A stretch of DNA of 64,000 nucleotides from an uncultured Nitrososphaerota archaeon (lineage in GTDB: Archaea; Thermoproteota; Nitrososphaeria; Nitrososphaerales; Gagatemarchaeaceae): the NCBI GenBank assembly GCA_963703285.1, contig OY969807.1, forward strand, positions 1,056,001-1,120,000, read 5' to 3'. Numbering within the stretch: the stretch's first letter is position 1; the number at the start of each line of letters is the position of its first letter. Shown here piece after piece: positions 1 through 9,920 of the stretch. The translations under genes were made by a program, and so were the position numbers. Under the pieces are notes generated by a model. The model did not search any database. It had not been told where the DNA came from and saw only the letters and a list, made by a program, of their open reading frames with translations.

Positions 1-368
1 TGTGGCGGTTCGCCCTGGCGGGCGGGATGGTCGTCGGGGCCATCCTCCTTAGCGAGACCCTCGGACCGGTTGCTGGAGGAGCCTTCGCATCCTTCCCCGC
101 GATAGTATCGTCCACCATCTTCGTGGTCAGCCGCGTCGATGGGGTGGAGGCATCCAGAGGTCTGGCCACGCCCGTGATGTTCTCGACCATCCTTACGGTC
201 GTACCGTACGTGATCGTCGCTAGACTCGCCTTCCCGGCGCTGGGGGTCCTCGGGGGCACTCTAGCCGCATATGCAGCGGCGGCACCACTCTCGGTGTTCG
301 CGTACTTCCTACTTGGCAGGATGGGATCAAGTGGGACGACTGGAGACGGCCCTACGACCCAATCGTAG
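1..368 (+). CDS. Multi-pass membrane protein (DUF3147-like), 5'-truncated by window edge
   Basis: Hydrophobic ORF open from the window start; GGAFASFPAI motif resembles the DUF3147 family. Confidence 0.5.
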   Translation, partial: WRFALAGGMVVGAILLSETLGPVAGGAFASFPAIVSSTIFVVSRVDGVEASRGLATPVMFSTILTVVPYVIVARLAFPALGVLGGTLAAYAAAAPLSVFAYFLLGRMGSSGTTGDGPTTQS

Positions 369-457
369 GACGCGACGGCGACGCGATCGTGGTCATGAAA
401 GCTCAGCGGGGATTTCGGACCTCTTCCGCTTCCCGTTTCCAAGGTCCCGGAATCGAT

Positions 458-1027
458 CTATTCGGGGACCCGGGCGCCGCAAGCTCCGCAGAATATGGCG
501 CCTTCGCGAAGCCGCGAACCGCACTTTATGCAGTAGTTGAGCGGCCCGTGGCCAGCCCCAGAAGGGGCGTCCGCCGACGAAATCGGGGCGCTCTGGGGAC
601 CCAGCGTGACAGACCCGACGGGACCGAGCGGGACGACTATGTTTGACCTTGTTGCCTTGTATGTCAGCCCCATGTAACCGCCTATCGCCGTGAGGATGAA
701 ACCAATCAGGAGGCCGCCGAGCGCGGGCAGGGCGCCCAGGAACAGCATCACGACAGCCAGTATCCCTCCCGTCTTCCTCCGCGCAGGGATCTCCGACTTC
801 ATGAGGAACCCTCCGAGGGTTATCAAAATCCCTGAGGCAATGCCGAAACCCCCGACAAGCGAGACTGCTCCGCCAATCCCTGAGGTACTGCCCAGTCCCA
901 ATGCGCTCAAATCCAGGCTGTTCACGCTTGACGTTAAGGCGCCTGCGAAGCCAACGACCAGCGCGCCACCAATGATGTAGAACACGCCTCCTACCATCGT
1001 CAAGATGACAGCGGACGAGTTGCGCAA
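458..1027 (-). CDS. Membrane protein with C-terminal zinc ribbon
   Basis: About 4 hydrophobic segments followed by CIKCG...FCGACG; TATA-like box upstream at about 1060-1066. Confidence 0.75.
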   Translation of the reverse strand: MRNSSAVILTMVGGVFYIIGGALVVGFAGALTSSVNSLDLSALGLGSTSGIGGAVSLVGGFGIASGILITLGGFLMKSEIPARRKTGGILAVVMLFLGALPALGGLLIGFILTAIGGYMGLTYKATRSNIVVPLGPVGSVTLGPQSAPISSADAPSGAGHGPLNYCIKCGSRLREGAIFCGACGARVPE

Positions 1028-1121
1028 TTTGAGCCGCTTGAACTCTTGGTCGACGGTTCGTATTTAAGGGATAAACGCGCGACTCATCCTTCGGTTCCAC
1101 CTTCCCTTTGCTGAGCCCCGT

Positions 1122-1310
1122 AGCGGAGCGACCGCGACCATAACCACCCCCCAGGGCGCGGCTGGAGCCCAGGAGCTCAGCTTCGCACCGGCGGCGCTGC
1201 CCGGGGTATCTCCCAACCTCAAGCAGGGTTCGACGTTCACCGTGACACTCACCACGCCAGGGGCATACACCTACGTCTGCGACTACCACAGCTGGATGCT
1301 GGGACCATAT
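1122..1310 (+). pseudogene. Cupredoxin/plastocyanin-like remnant
   Basis: In-frame ...ITTPQGAAGAQELSFAP...FTVTLTTPGAYTYVCDYHSWMLG carries the C-x2-H-x2-M type-1 Cu motif; no start codon and the segment with the first His ligand is missing. Confidence 0.6.
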
Positions 1311-1401
1311 CCTTTACCGGATAGGGCAGGCAGTCCAAGCGCCCCCCGAGGTGTCGTCAAGTGGCCGAGTTTATTAGTCGAGGCTTTCTATCAGCCATGG
1401 G

Positions 1402-1680
1402 TTGGCGATAAGGGTCCACCTGGCTGGTTATCTGGGTGCCTACACTAACTCGAACCTTGACATCGACCTTGCCAAAGCTGGCGATGTCCTCGACGTCCTC
1501 TCGAGCCTCTCGGGGATGTTTCCCCATGTCAGGGAGAGAATTCTTGATGACCAGGAAAGGACGAGGCCGTACGTCAACATCTTTGTGAACGAGAATAACA
1601 TAAGGGACCTCCAGAGAGAAAGAACGAAGGTGAGCGACGGGGACCACGTGTACATACTGGCTGCCGTCGCCGGAGGTTAG
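1402..1680 (+). CDS. Ubiquitin-like MoaD/ThiS/SAMP family protein
   Basis: 92 aa beta-grasp pattern RPYVNIFVN...DGDHVYILAAVAGG with terminal Gly-Gly. Confidence 0.9.
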   Translation: MAIRVHLAGYLGAYTNSNLDIDLAKAGDVLDVLSSLSGMFPHVRERILDDQERTRPYVNIFVNENNIRDLQRERTKVSDGDHVYILAAVAGG

Positions 1681-1689
1681 GAACTAGCG

Positions 1690-2769
1690 ATGAACAACAA
1701 AACCACGGTGATGGTTGGGACGAAGAAGGGAGCGTTCGTCTTCGAGTCGGAGGACGACAGGAGGACGTGGAAGTCGTCGGGCCCCCACTTCAAGGGAACC
1801 GAGGTCTACCACGTCACCTACGACCCGAGGAACAAGACGATGTTGGCCGCCGTCGACAGCTTCGTCTGGGGGCCGACCGTAGCCAAGAGCACCGACATGG
1901 GGAGGAATTGGAAGGAGAGCAAGAAGGCTCCAAAGCTCCCGCGCGAGAGTAAGCTCTCGGTCGTCAGGATCTGGCACATTCAGCCTGCCAACGAAGATGA
2001 ACCCGACGTTGTGTACTGCGGGACGGACCCGGCGGAGCTCTTCAAGAGCAAGGATGGGGGCGAAAGCTGGACTCTCAACAAAGCCCTCTTCAAGGATGAG
2101 ACGCGGCCGAAGTGGCAGGCCGGGTTCGGCGGACTCTGTCTTCACTCGATACTAGTCCACCCCAAGGATCCCGATTCCCTCCTCGTGGCCATATCCGCCG
2201 TGGGCGTAATGAAGTCGACCGATGGCGGAGAGAGCTGGGCCTTCAGGAACAAGGACGTGCTCGCCGACTTTTTTCCCCCCAAGCGCCAGTATCCGGAATA
2301 CGGCCAATGCCCCCACCACCTGGTGCGTCACCCCTCTCGGCCAGACGTGATCTATCAGCAGAATCACTGCGGAGTCTACAGGAGTGACGACGGGGCGGAG
2401 ACCTGGGTTGACATAAGCAGGGGCCTGCCCTCGCGCTTTGGCTTCCCGGTAGCGGTCGACTCCAACGACCCTAGACGAATCTACGTGGGACCCGCCGCGT
2501 CGGGGGCCGCCAGAATACCGCCGAAGAACAGGTTCCTGGTGTGGGCATCGGACGACGCCGGCAAATCCTGGTCCTCGCTAGGCGCTGGTCTCCCGAAGAG
2601 ATCCTTCTACAACGTGTTGAGGGAGGGCATGGCTTCGGACACGGAAGACCCCTGCGGGGTCTACTTCGGGACCACCACGGGCCAGCTCTACGGTTCCAGG
2701 AACGGGGGAAGGAGGTGGGGGCTGATCGCGGACGGCTTGCCTCCGATCTACTCGGTAGTGGCCACCTGA
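1690..2769 (+). CDS. BNR/Asp-box repeat beta-propeller protein (sialidase/YCF48-like fold)
   Basis: Repeated SxDxGxxW boxes (STDMGRNW, SKDGGESW, STDGGESW, SDDGAETW, SDDAGKSW); 9 nt downstream of the MoaD gene. Confidence 0.85.
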   Translation: MNNKTTVMVGTKKGAFVFESEDDRRTWKSSGPHFKGTEVYHVTYDPRNKTMLAAVDSFVWGPTVAKSTDMGRNWKESKKAPKLPRESKLSVVRIWHIQPANEDEPDVVYCGTDPAELFKSKDGGESWTLNKALFKDETRPKWQAGFGGLCLHSILVHPKDPDSLLVAISAVGVMKSTDGGESWAFRNKDVLADFFPPKRQYPEYGQCPHHLVRHPSRPDVIYQQNHCGVYRSDDGAETWVDISRGLPSRFGFPVAVDSNDPRRIYVGPAASGAARIPPKNRFLVWASDDAGKSWSSLGAGLPKRSFYNVLREGMASDTEDPCGVYFGTTTGQLYGSRNGGRRWGLIADGLPPIYSVVAT

Positions 2770-2773
2770 GAAC

Positions 2774-3442
2774 TTAACCCGCCCCCTCAGGCGCCGTCTT
2801 TTCCGGGGGATTGTCCGGTCGCAGAGCCCTGCCGACCCAGTAGAAGGCGAGCGGAACGTACCAGATGAAGAGCCTGACGGGGGTCCCGAGGAACATCCAC
2901 TGCCAGAAGACAGGGACTATGGAAATCAGCATCAGGAGAGCCGAAACAATCATGCGGTCCCGACCATTGCGAAAGCCGCGTGCCACATCGGGTGCCACCA
3001 GCTTCTTCTCCTCCATGCTGATTACGTGGGCGAATAGCGCCAGTATCGTCAGGATGCCCGTCAGGTCTAGCGCGAACAGGGTCGAAGAGTAGTCCTTTAT
3101 CGCCGAAGCCTGCGAGGCGGTGAGAGAACCGTTGACGAGCGCGATGCTGTTGAGGAGGTAGGGGACGAGGGCCACCAGCAGGAGCAGAGCCACGTTGAGG
3201 AACGTCGCGGCGCGAGTCTCGATGGGTAACACCGACATCTGCGTCGTATAGATCATCCAGGCGGTGATGAGGATGAGGAACGTGAAGGCGAAGGCGAATA
3301 TGTGGTCATTGATTTGGCCGGAGTTGAGCGGCGAGTTCGCAATGAGGGCGATTGACCCGATAGAGAGCGAGAGGCCGAAGATGAGGTCTGCCAGCGCCTC
3401 CATCCTGGGACGCGGGCGCCCCTTGACTGGCTCTCTCTGCAT
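2774..3442 (-). CDS. TMEM175-family ion channel
   Basis: RMEALADLIFGLSLSI resembles the TM1 RxxxFSD motif; about 6 TM segments; start placed at MQREPVK. Confidence 0.7.
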   Translation of the reverse strand: MQREPVKGRPRPRMEALADLIFGLSLSIGSIALIANSPLNSGQINDHIFAFAFTFLILITAWMIYTTQMSVLPIETRAATFLNVALLLLVALVPYLLNSIALVNGSLTASQASAIKDYSSTLFALDLTGILTILALFAHVISMEEKKLVAPDVARGFRNGRDRMIVSALLMLISIVPVFWQWMFLGTPVRLFIWYVPLAFYWVGRALRPDNPPEKTAPEGAG

Positions 3443-3527
3443 CCTGACGCTATGGAGGGACCTCGGTATTTGGTCTTTTTTAACGGTTGGAGGACGCGGC
3501 GAATGTGGAGGGACGGCGGCGTGCGAG

Positions 3528-4010
3528 CTACTCAAGACTCAGGTAAAGGAAGACGACGTACGCGCACACCGTAAGCACGTCAGCCGAGGGACTGGAGAGA
3601 CCCGGTTCGAGAGAGACGGGCCCGTAGTATCCTATTATCAGAGGATAGGAGAGCAGGGACTGCACCAAGAGCGCGACCAGCATGACTACGAGTCCGAGGG
3701 AGAAGGCTGCCCTGGTCTCAGCGTACATCCGAATGTATATGACGAGCAGCGCCAGTAGAAGAGCCACCTCGACCGTGGTCAGCACCACGTGGAACTGGAG
3801 CACGGGGTCGGCCTGGAAGTGTGGAGGGAACCCGAACCTCCCGGGGGAAGGAAACTCTGGCGTGCTCATGCTGCCGTAGGAAATCGCTTCTCCGACCACG
3901 AGGCCTATGATGATCACCACAGGAACCCAGAGCTTCTGGATGTAGGAGCGTTTCTTCGACGGTTCGCTGGGTGCCGGGGCCGGTGGCACGCTGGGTTGGT
4001 CCTGGCTCAT
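3528..4010 (-). CDS. Hypothetical membrane protein (4 TM)
   Basis: ATG start, four hydrophobic helices. Confidence 0.7.
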   Translation of the reverse strand: MSQDQPSVPPAPAPSEPSKKRSYIQKLWVPVVIIIGLVVGEAISYGSMSTPEFPSPGRFGFPPHFQADPVLQFHVVLTTVEVALLLALLVIYIRMYAETRAAFSLGLVVMLVALLVQSLLSYPLIIGYYGPVSLEPGLSSPSADVLTVCAYVVFLYLSLE

Positions 4011-4140
4011 GGGGCGACCTTCCCTGTCGGCGGGGGCTTCTTCTTATTGATAGCCTCATGCGACTTCGAGAGGGATTCCATCGCTTCGGAGAATCGGTCC
4101 GCGGTGCGAGCTTTCATCATGAGACAGGACCCGAGCCACC

Positions 4141-5379
4141 CTAGGGGGGTGGCCTCTGTCCGATCGTCACGTTCACCGTGATGAGTTGCCCCGACCTTAT
4201 GACTCCGAGCTGAACCGTCTGCCCGACCGAGGTGTTCTGCTCCAGGTACGTGGAGAGCGCGTCGGTGTTCACGATTCTAGCGCCGTTGATCGACACTATG
4301 ATGTCTCCGCCCACCATGTACTCGGATCCGTCCACGGTCACCGTCTTGGTCCCTGCCCTCAGCCCTGCCTGGCTGGCCGGGCCTCCGGAGACGACGCTCT
4401 CGATGAGCACTCCGTAAGTGACGTTAGTGCCCGAAGCCTGGGCGAGCTGGTAGTTCATGTCCACGCCCCCTATTCCCAAGTAGGGGTGTGAGGTGTAAGC
4501 GCCCGTGTTTATGAGGGACTGGAGCTCCCTGGTTATGGTGTCTGACGGGATCGCGAACCCCACTCCCTGCGAACCGTTCACAGTGGCCGTCGTTATGCCG
4601 ATCACGTCTCCGGCCGCGTCCAGCAATGGCCCCCCGGAGTTCCCGGGGTTGATTGGAGCGCTGAACTGAATCACGCCGGAGATCGAGTAGTTGCCCGTAG
4701 TCGCTTCCTGGATGGTCCTCCCCAGCTGGCTAACGATGCCGAAGGTCATCGAGCTGGCGAGTCCGTAAGGATTCCCGATCACGACGACCGGCTCTCCGAT
4801 GACGACTCCGGAGGAGGAGACGATCTGCAGGGGCGTGTACTCGTTCGCAGGAGCCGTCGGGGCGCTGACGACAGCCAAGTCGCTGTAGGCGTCAGTACCC
4901 ACGACCTTGAGTGGGTATGCGTCGCCGTCTGAGAAGGTGACCGTTATGTTCGTGAACCCGTTTACCACGTGGTAGTTGGTGACGATGTAGTAGGCGCCAG
5001 AATACGAGATGACGAAACCCGAGCCGAGGACCGTCTCAACGGACGTGGATGGGCCGAGGAGAGTGTCCGTTGTCACGAGCGCGCTTCCCTGGATCGTGAC
5101 CACGCTCCTGTTGTCTGTTGCGTAGATCAGTTCAGGGTTTATCCCCGAGATGGAGGCGTTGACCGTCGAGGCGCTCAGACTTGCTATCTGCGACTGGAGC
5201 GCGCTGTTCGAGCTCTCGAGGCTCGAGATCGTGCTCTGGAGGGAGCTTATCGTCGAGCCGGTCGAGTCGCCCGCCTGTCCGAGCTCCTGAATATAGATGA
5301 GGCCCGATCCGACCAGCAGCACAAGGACAACTCCAAGGAGAAGGTTTCTGCGGGCGTGACTCTGCTTCTCGGGAACCAT
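4141..5379 (-). CDS. HtrA/DegP-like S1C serine protease with PDZ domain, membrane-anchored
   Basis: GSGF, TNYHVV, DLAV and INPGNSGGPL catalytic motifs; C-terminal PDZ (GPASQAGL..GDII); N-terminal TM helix and coiled coil. Confidence 0.93.
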   Translation of the reverse strand: MVPEKQSHARRNLLLGVVLVLLVGSGLIYIQELGQAGDSTGSTISSLQSTISSLESSNSALQSQIASLSASTVNASISGINPELIYATDNRSVVTIQGSALVTTDTLLGPSTSVETVLGSGFVISYSGAYYIVTNYHVVNGFTNITVTFSDGDAYPLKVVGTDAYSDLAVVSAPTAPANEYTPLQIVSSSGVVIGEPVVVIGNPYGLASSMTFGIVSQLGRTIQEATTGNYSISGVIQFSAPINPGNSGGPLLDAAGDVIGITTATVNGSQGVGFAIPSDTITRELQSLINTGAYTSHPYLGIGGVDMNYQLAQASGTNVTYGVLIESVVSGGPASQAGLRAGTKTVTVDGSEYMVGGDIIVSINGARIVNTDALSTYLEQNTSVGQTVQLGVIRSGQLITVNVTIGQRPPP

Positions 5380-5578
5380 TTTACGGCCGGGTTCCGCTCT
5401 GATTACTATTTAGCGGATTTCCTGAATCGTTCCATAATTCTTAGAGAATTTGTGCGGCGCAGGACCGTTGGATGTTCGAGTGCCGCGTGTTTCGAGAATG
5501 CCAGTCGGCGAGTTACTGCACGTCAGGTCCATCAATCGCCTTTTAGGCTAGGTCAGATTCGGCCGCCTCCGTTCGACC

Positions 5579-6178
5579 ATGGCGGGCCCATTCCTGGATG
5601 AGCTCCTGAGGGGCACCGTGGCCCTCCTGATCGTCGTCGACCCGGCCGGGTTGGTCCCGGTGGTCCTTGCGCTGACGAGGGGCATGACCAAAGTCAAGAG
5701 GACGAGCACCTTCCACATCGCTCTGATCACTGGGTCAGTCCTCCTCGTCACATTCGCCGTGGCGGGCACGGAGCTGCTCAATCTGTTTGGCATAACCATC
5801 TACAGCTTCATGATCGCGGGCGGCATCCTGCTGATGATCCTGGCCATGCAGATGATGTTCAGGGGAGGTCTTATCTCGACGGGGGGTTCGGAAGAGGACG
5901 TTGGCGTAGTCCCCATCGCGTTCCCCCTCCTCGTCGGCCCCGGTGCCATAACGACAACCATCGTGACCCTGCAGATCTCTGGAATCGTCGTGGCGCTCCT
6001 CTCGATTGCGATCGTGATGTCGGTGACCTGGCTCGTGCTAAGGTATCTCGACAGGATCGATTCCGTCCTCGGACGCCGTGGCACCGCCGTGCTCTCGACC
6101 CTGATGGCCGTCTTCATAGCTGCCATCGCGGTCCAGTTCATCCTCACCGGGATCCAGTTCTACTATCCGGCAGGCTAG
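5579..6178 (+). CDS. MarC family membrane protein
   Basis: IVVDPAG, FMIAGGILL and VVPIAFPLLVGPGAIT motifs. Confidence 0.93.
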   Translation: MAGPFLDELLRGTVALLIVVDPAGLVPVVLALTRGMTKVKRTSTFHIALITGSVLLVTFAVAGTELLNLFGITIYSFMIAGGILLMILAMQMMFRGGLISTGGSEEDVGVVPIAFPLLVGPGAITTTIVTLQISGIVVALLSIAIVMSVTWLVLRYLDRIDSVLGRRGTAVLSTLMAVFIAAIAVQFILTGIQFYYPAG

Positions 6179-6530
6179 GCGCAGCTTCGATTCGTGAAAC
6201 CGGGCGCACCCTAGGTCCACAACTCTCAATTCCGCTGTTTGCGCCGCCTGGTCTACGTCGCGATCCCGATCACGGTGGGCATCCTGACTTCCACAGCCCA
6301 CTAGGGTCAGCACCATCCACTGGATCTTATAGCTGGAGCACTGTACGCCCTCGTCCCCTGCCTCAGCAGAGCGGAAGATGATCTCTCCCTTTGGGACGAG
6401 CAGGTGTCTCCGGCGGCCGTCAGGCGACCTCAACCCCCGGCAGAATCCCGACCCAGCCAGATGATGGCAACCCTCGCATACGCTCTGGCCCATGCAGGGT
6501 CGTTGGGATAGATACCGAACTGAGGATGGC
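6175..6530 (-). pseudogene. Degenerate CoA-binding (YccU-like) gene remnant
   Basis: Fragments GIYPNDP..AYARVA / IIFRSAEA / AAQTAELRVVDLGCARFH across frames resemble YccU; interrupted by a stop and frameshifts. Confidence 0.35.
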
Positions 6531-6902
6531 TCATCTCGAGAGCGTCCGTCTTCGTCTTCGTATGGCCGTCTTGTGCTTCGGCTGGTAGAGCCCGAGGTCC
6601 CCGCCTCCAGGGAGCCTCATCGCAGTGACGTATCCAAAGCTCTCCTCCGAGACGGGCTTCGGGAACCTGATCCCTCTGGCCCGAAGGTCCTTCATCGTCG
6701 ACTTGGGGTCGTCGCACATGAGAAAGAGCTCGTGAACGTCGTTCTCATCCCCCGGATGGAGGCCCAACTCCGCAGGGGGGAGCGAGAAGATCAGCCAGCC
6801 GTCCCCAGTGTCGACGAACGAACGCTTCAGGACGTCCCTGAAGAACGCGCGGTCCTTCTCGGGATGCTTGCTGTATATGAGAGCGTGAACGCCCGTAATC
6901 AT
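6531..6902 (-). CDS. VOC/glyoxalase (extradiol dioxygenase-like) protein
   Basis: MITGVHALIYS..DRAFFRDVL, HELFLMCDD and LPGGGDLGLYQPKH. Confidence 0.85.
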   Translation of the reverse strand: MITGVHALIYSKHPEKDRAFFRDVLKRSFVDTGDGWLIFSLPPAELGLHPGDENDVHELFLMCDDPKSTMKDLRARGIRFPKPVSEESFGYVTAMRLPGGGDLGLYQPKHKTAIRRRRRTLSR

Positions 6903-6957
6903 GGTATCGCTTCCTGTCGCCGCCGCCAATAAACCTTCGAGGTCCGTTCGGCCGATG

Positions 6958-8230
6958 TCAGAGAGCGATCCTTGAGCCGCGCATGACCGCGAAGGGTATC
7001 GTCATCTCGTCCTCGTGGAGCCCTCCGTGGACCCCCTTCATCGCGGGCTAGGTCGGCCTCCGGGTGCCTGTACCAGACGCTTCGCGTCCCCGTCGGCAAG
7101 ATCAACAGGTTGCCGACCCGCCTTTCGAAGGTCGGCGCCGGCGCGCTCGTCCCGAAGAGCCCCGACCGGGTGACCTCCGAGGTCTTGAAGACACCGGCAC
7201 GGCCTGCCAGGGTCCCAGAGAGGTAGTCCTTCGTCTCCTCCAGCGACTCTGCCTTCACCTGAAGGTAAAGGTCCCTCGTACCACCCCAAGGGAGTATCTT
7301 CCTCCCGTTTCTGCTCTCGGCGAGGGATGCAGCCAAGCGGTCGTCACCGTCGAGCATGAGCGCTTCACCCGTCGGACTGTAGACCTGTCCGTGGTCGGCC
7401 GTCGCGAGGAAGAGGACCTTGGACATGACGGAGCCTTCCATTCGGCTGGCCAGACCCTCAGAGAGCAGGTGCGATATCGCGCTCGCTTCCAGTCTAGCCT
7501 CTTCGGTATTGGGGCCGAAAGTGTGCTCGACCGTATCAATCATGCTCCAGTAGACGTAGAAGAGGGCGGGGCCTTTGGAACTCGCGATGGTCCTTTGGAG
7601 AGAGGCGACCAGGTCGGAGCCGCTCGAGTAGGGTATGACATTGGTTCCTTCGTGGACCACGCTGGAATAGCCGCTGCGAGCTATCCTCCTGTTCAGGAAG
7701 CTGAATACCGGGATGCCTTCATCAGCGATGCGCCTGTAGACGGTCTCCCCCTCGAAGAGCATCCGCGGGTCGTTGGAGGGACGAAGCAGATCGCGGCCAT
7801 CCGCGCCCATGGGCGAGAACGGCAGCGTCTCTATGGTCATGTCGAGCTCGCTGAGATAGAGATACCACTCGATGAGGCCGTGCTCCTGCGGGGTCAGCCC
7901 AGTGGCCAGTGTTGTGAGAGCGGTCGATGTGGTCGACGGGAAGACGGTGGTTATTGGAGTGACGCGCCCCCTCTCGGTCATCTGCCCGAAGAACCCGGCA
8001 TTCTCCTGTCTCCTCCATTCCCTGTACCCCAGGCCGTCGAAGAGGAAGAGCACGACCTTCTCCACACCCGTCGTGTCGATGCCGTCGAAGGTATCGTCGG
8101 GAAGCCTCGGCCGGTCGCTCTGGATGCCCAAGAGATGGAGGACCGTCTGGGGGACCCCCGAGAGGCAGTACGACCCGTACTTCGGCAGAACGCTCCCTGG
8201 ATCGAAGCCGATGTCCCGAACCTGATTCAA
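6958..8230 (-). CDS. Alkaline phosphatase superfamily / nucleotide pyrophosphatase (frameshift near 7045)
   Basis: LFDGLG, VFPSTT, DTVEH and TADHG motifs; the conserved C-terminus KGVHGGLHEDEMTIP continues in another frame to TGA at 6958. Confidence 0.85.
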
Positions 8231-8298
8231 GACGCGCCGGCTTGGAAGACAGCCGGCGATTTAGGGATTTGCGCCTTGAAAGAGGGGAGGGCGTAAGG

Positions 8299-8330
8299 TT
8301 TATTAAGGTAGTATACCATCGGTGATATAC
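8299..8330 (+). promoter_or_regulatory. TATA box with downstream imperfect palindrome (candidate heat-shock operator)
   Basis: TTTATTAA at 8299-8306, then GTATACC-ATC-GGTGATATAC, upstream of hsp20 and the regulator. Confidence 0.45.
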
Positions 8331-8345
8331 AAGAAGTGATGTAGC

Positions 8346-8855
8346 ATGACAGAAAAGAACACGAAGGAAACGTCCCGAAAGCGGGATTCGACCGAGTCAA
8401 CGGCGCTCGCCCTACCAGGGTTCGGGCTCCCAAGGATCTTCGAAGAGTATATGAAGCCCTTCGATGATTTCATGGGTCCCCTATTCCCGAGTTCGATGAG
8501 TTCGCTGTGGACCGAGTTCGGACAGAAGGAGCCTAACATCGACGTACAGGACCGCGGAGATCACTTTCTGCTCACGGCGGAGCTTCCTGGCTTCGAGAAG
8601 AAGGACTTGGAGGTCCAGGTGAGTTCCAACGCCGTCGAGCTGAAGGCCGAGAAGAAGTCAGAGAAGCCCAAGAGCGGTGCCAACGGCAAGCAGGTGGAGA
8701 GGTCCTACTCCTACTTCCAGAGGTATCTGACGCTGCCCGAGCGGGTCCGATCCGGGTCGGTCGACGGGACGATGAAGAACGGCGTCCTCGAGCTGAAGCT
8801 CCCCAAGATGGAGCCGACCTCGAAGGAAGCCTCCAGAAGGGTGCACCTTAACTAG
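8346..8855 (+). CDS. Small heat-shock protein Hsp20
   Basis: AELPGFEKKDL, FQRYLTLPE and MKNGVLELKLPK alpha-crystallin motifs. Confidence 0.93.
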   Translation: MTEKNTKETSRKRDSTESTALALPGFGLPRIFEEYMKPFDDFMGPLFPSSMSSLWTEFGQKEPNIDVQDRGDHFLLTAELPGFEKKDLEVQVSSNAVELKAEKKSEKPKSGANGKQVERSYSYFQRYLTLPERVRSGSVDGTMKNGVLELKLPKMEPTSKEASRRVHLN

Positions 8856-8867
8856 GTGTACCCACCA

Positions 8868-8880
8868 ATTTTTTGTTTTA
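8868..8880 (+). terminator. Oligo-T archaeal terminator-like tract
   Basis: TTTTTTTGTTTT just after the hsp20 stop. Confidence 0.4.
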
Positions 8881-8891
8881 GATGATTTGAG

Positions 8892-9557
8892 ATGAACCAA
8901 GAAGAGCTCGACGCACTCTTGCAGGTGATTGAGAACCCCGTAAGACGCAGGATCATCAAGAGGCTCAGCCAGCAGCCGTCCTACGCGCTGCAGCTCTCCA
9001 AGGAGCTGGGCCTAGGGCAGCCGCTCGTCGCCAAGCACATGGGGCTGATGGAGAGCGCTGGTCTGGTGACGTCGACCGTGGAGAGCAGCCCTTCGGGCCC
9101 CCAGAGAAGGAGGTACTCGCTTGCGAAGAGCTTCTCGATCACCATGGACCTGGCGCCGAACCTCTTCCTAGAGAGGGGGATGGCCTTCGAGGCTCAGAGT
9201 TCCAAGGCGAGGAGGTCGCGCGCCACCGAGCCGCTGCGCAGACGGGTCGAGACCGCCGCGCAAGTCCAGAACGACAGGGAGAGGCTCTCGATACTCTCCC
9301 GGGTGCTGAACGACGTCGACACCAAGATGGGGGAGATTGACGCTGATCGCGCTGACCTCCTGAGCATCCGGGACGACGCGATGCGGGAGGCCGCGAAGAT
9401 CGCCAGCAAACTCGAGGGTCCGGACAAGAGGAGGGTGCTCTTCCACATACTCGACAGCCACGACATGCAGGTCGAGAGCATCTCGGAGTCCCTGAACATC
9501 AGGGAGCTCTCCGTGCGCACCATCCTGGAAGAGCTCGAGAGAGAGTACCTGGGATAG
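8892..9557 (+). CDS. ArsR-family wHTH regulator, Phr/HSR1 heat-shock repressor type
   Basis: ENPVRRRIIKRL..PSYALQLSKELG...GPQRRRYSL followed by a coiled coil; adjacent to hsp20. Confidence 0.8.
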   Translation: MNQEELDALLQVIENPVRRRIIKRLSQQPSYALQLSKELGLGQPLVAKHMGLMESAGLVTSTVESSPSGPQRRRYSLAKSFSITMDLAPNLFLERGMAFEAQSSKARRSRATEPLRRRVETAAQVQNDRERLSILSRVLNDVDTKMGEIDADRADLLSIRDDAMREAAKIASKLEGPDKRRVLFHILDSHDMQVESISESLNIRELSVRTILEELEREYLG

Positions 9558-9920
9558 CTATCGTCGGGTCAGCGCTCTGCGGCTGACCTGTTCTGCCCTC
9601 GCACCCTGGGGGGCGGCCACCTTGCCCAACGACTTCTGCGCTTCCTTCATCTCTGCGACCTCGTATCCCACACTGGCGAAGAACCTGACCGAGACATCGT
9701 TCGACGGATAGATCCAACCTCTCCGTCCGTCCCATGCCCCCATGGCTGTCCCGATTATCGTCCCGCTCTCCTCTGCGACAAGGAAGAGATGCCGGTCGCG
9801 CTTGAGTTTGCGGCGAATCCCTTCGGGGTCGTCGCCGGGTCTGAGTTTCAGTCCGGACTCGGTCCAGACCTCCCTCACCTGAGGGTAGTCTCTCATCGTG
9901 AAGCCCCTTATCTTGATCAA
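9558..9920 (-). pseudogene. GNAT acetyltransferase with internal deletion
   Basis: FLVAEESGTIIGTAMGAWDGRRGWIY joins directly to PSNDVSVRFFASVGY; acetyl-CoA-binding motif A (R..G.G) is absent. Confidence 0.65.
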
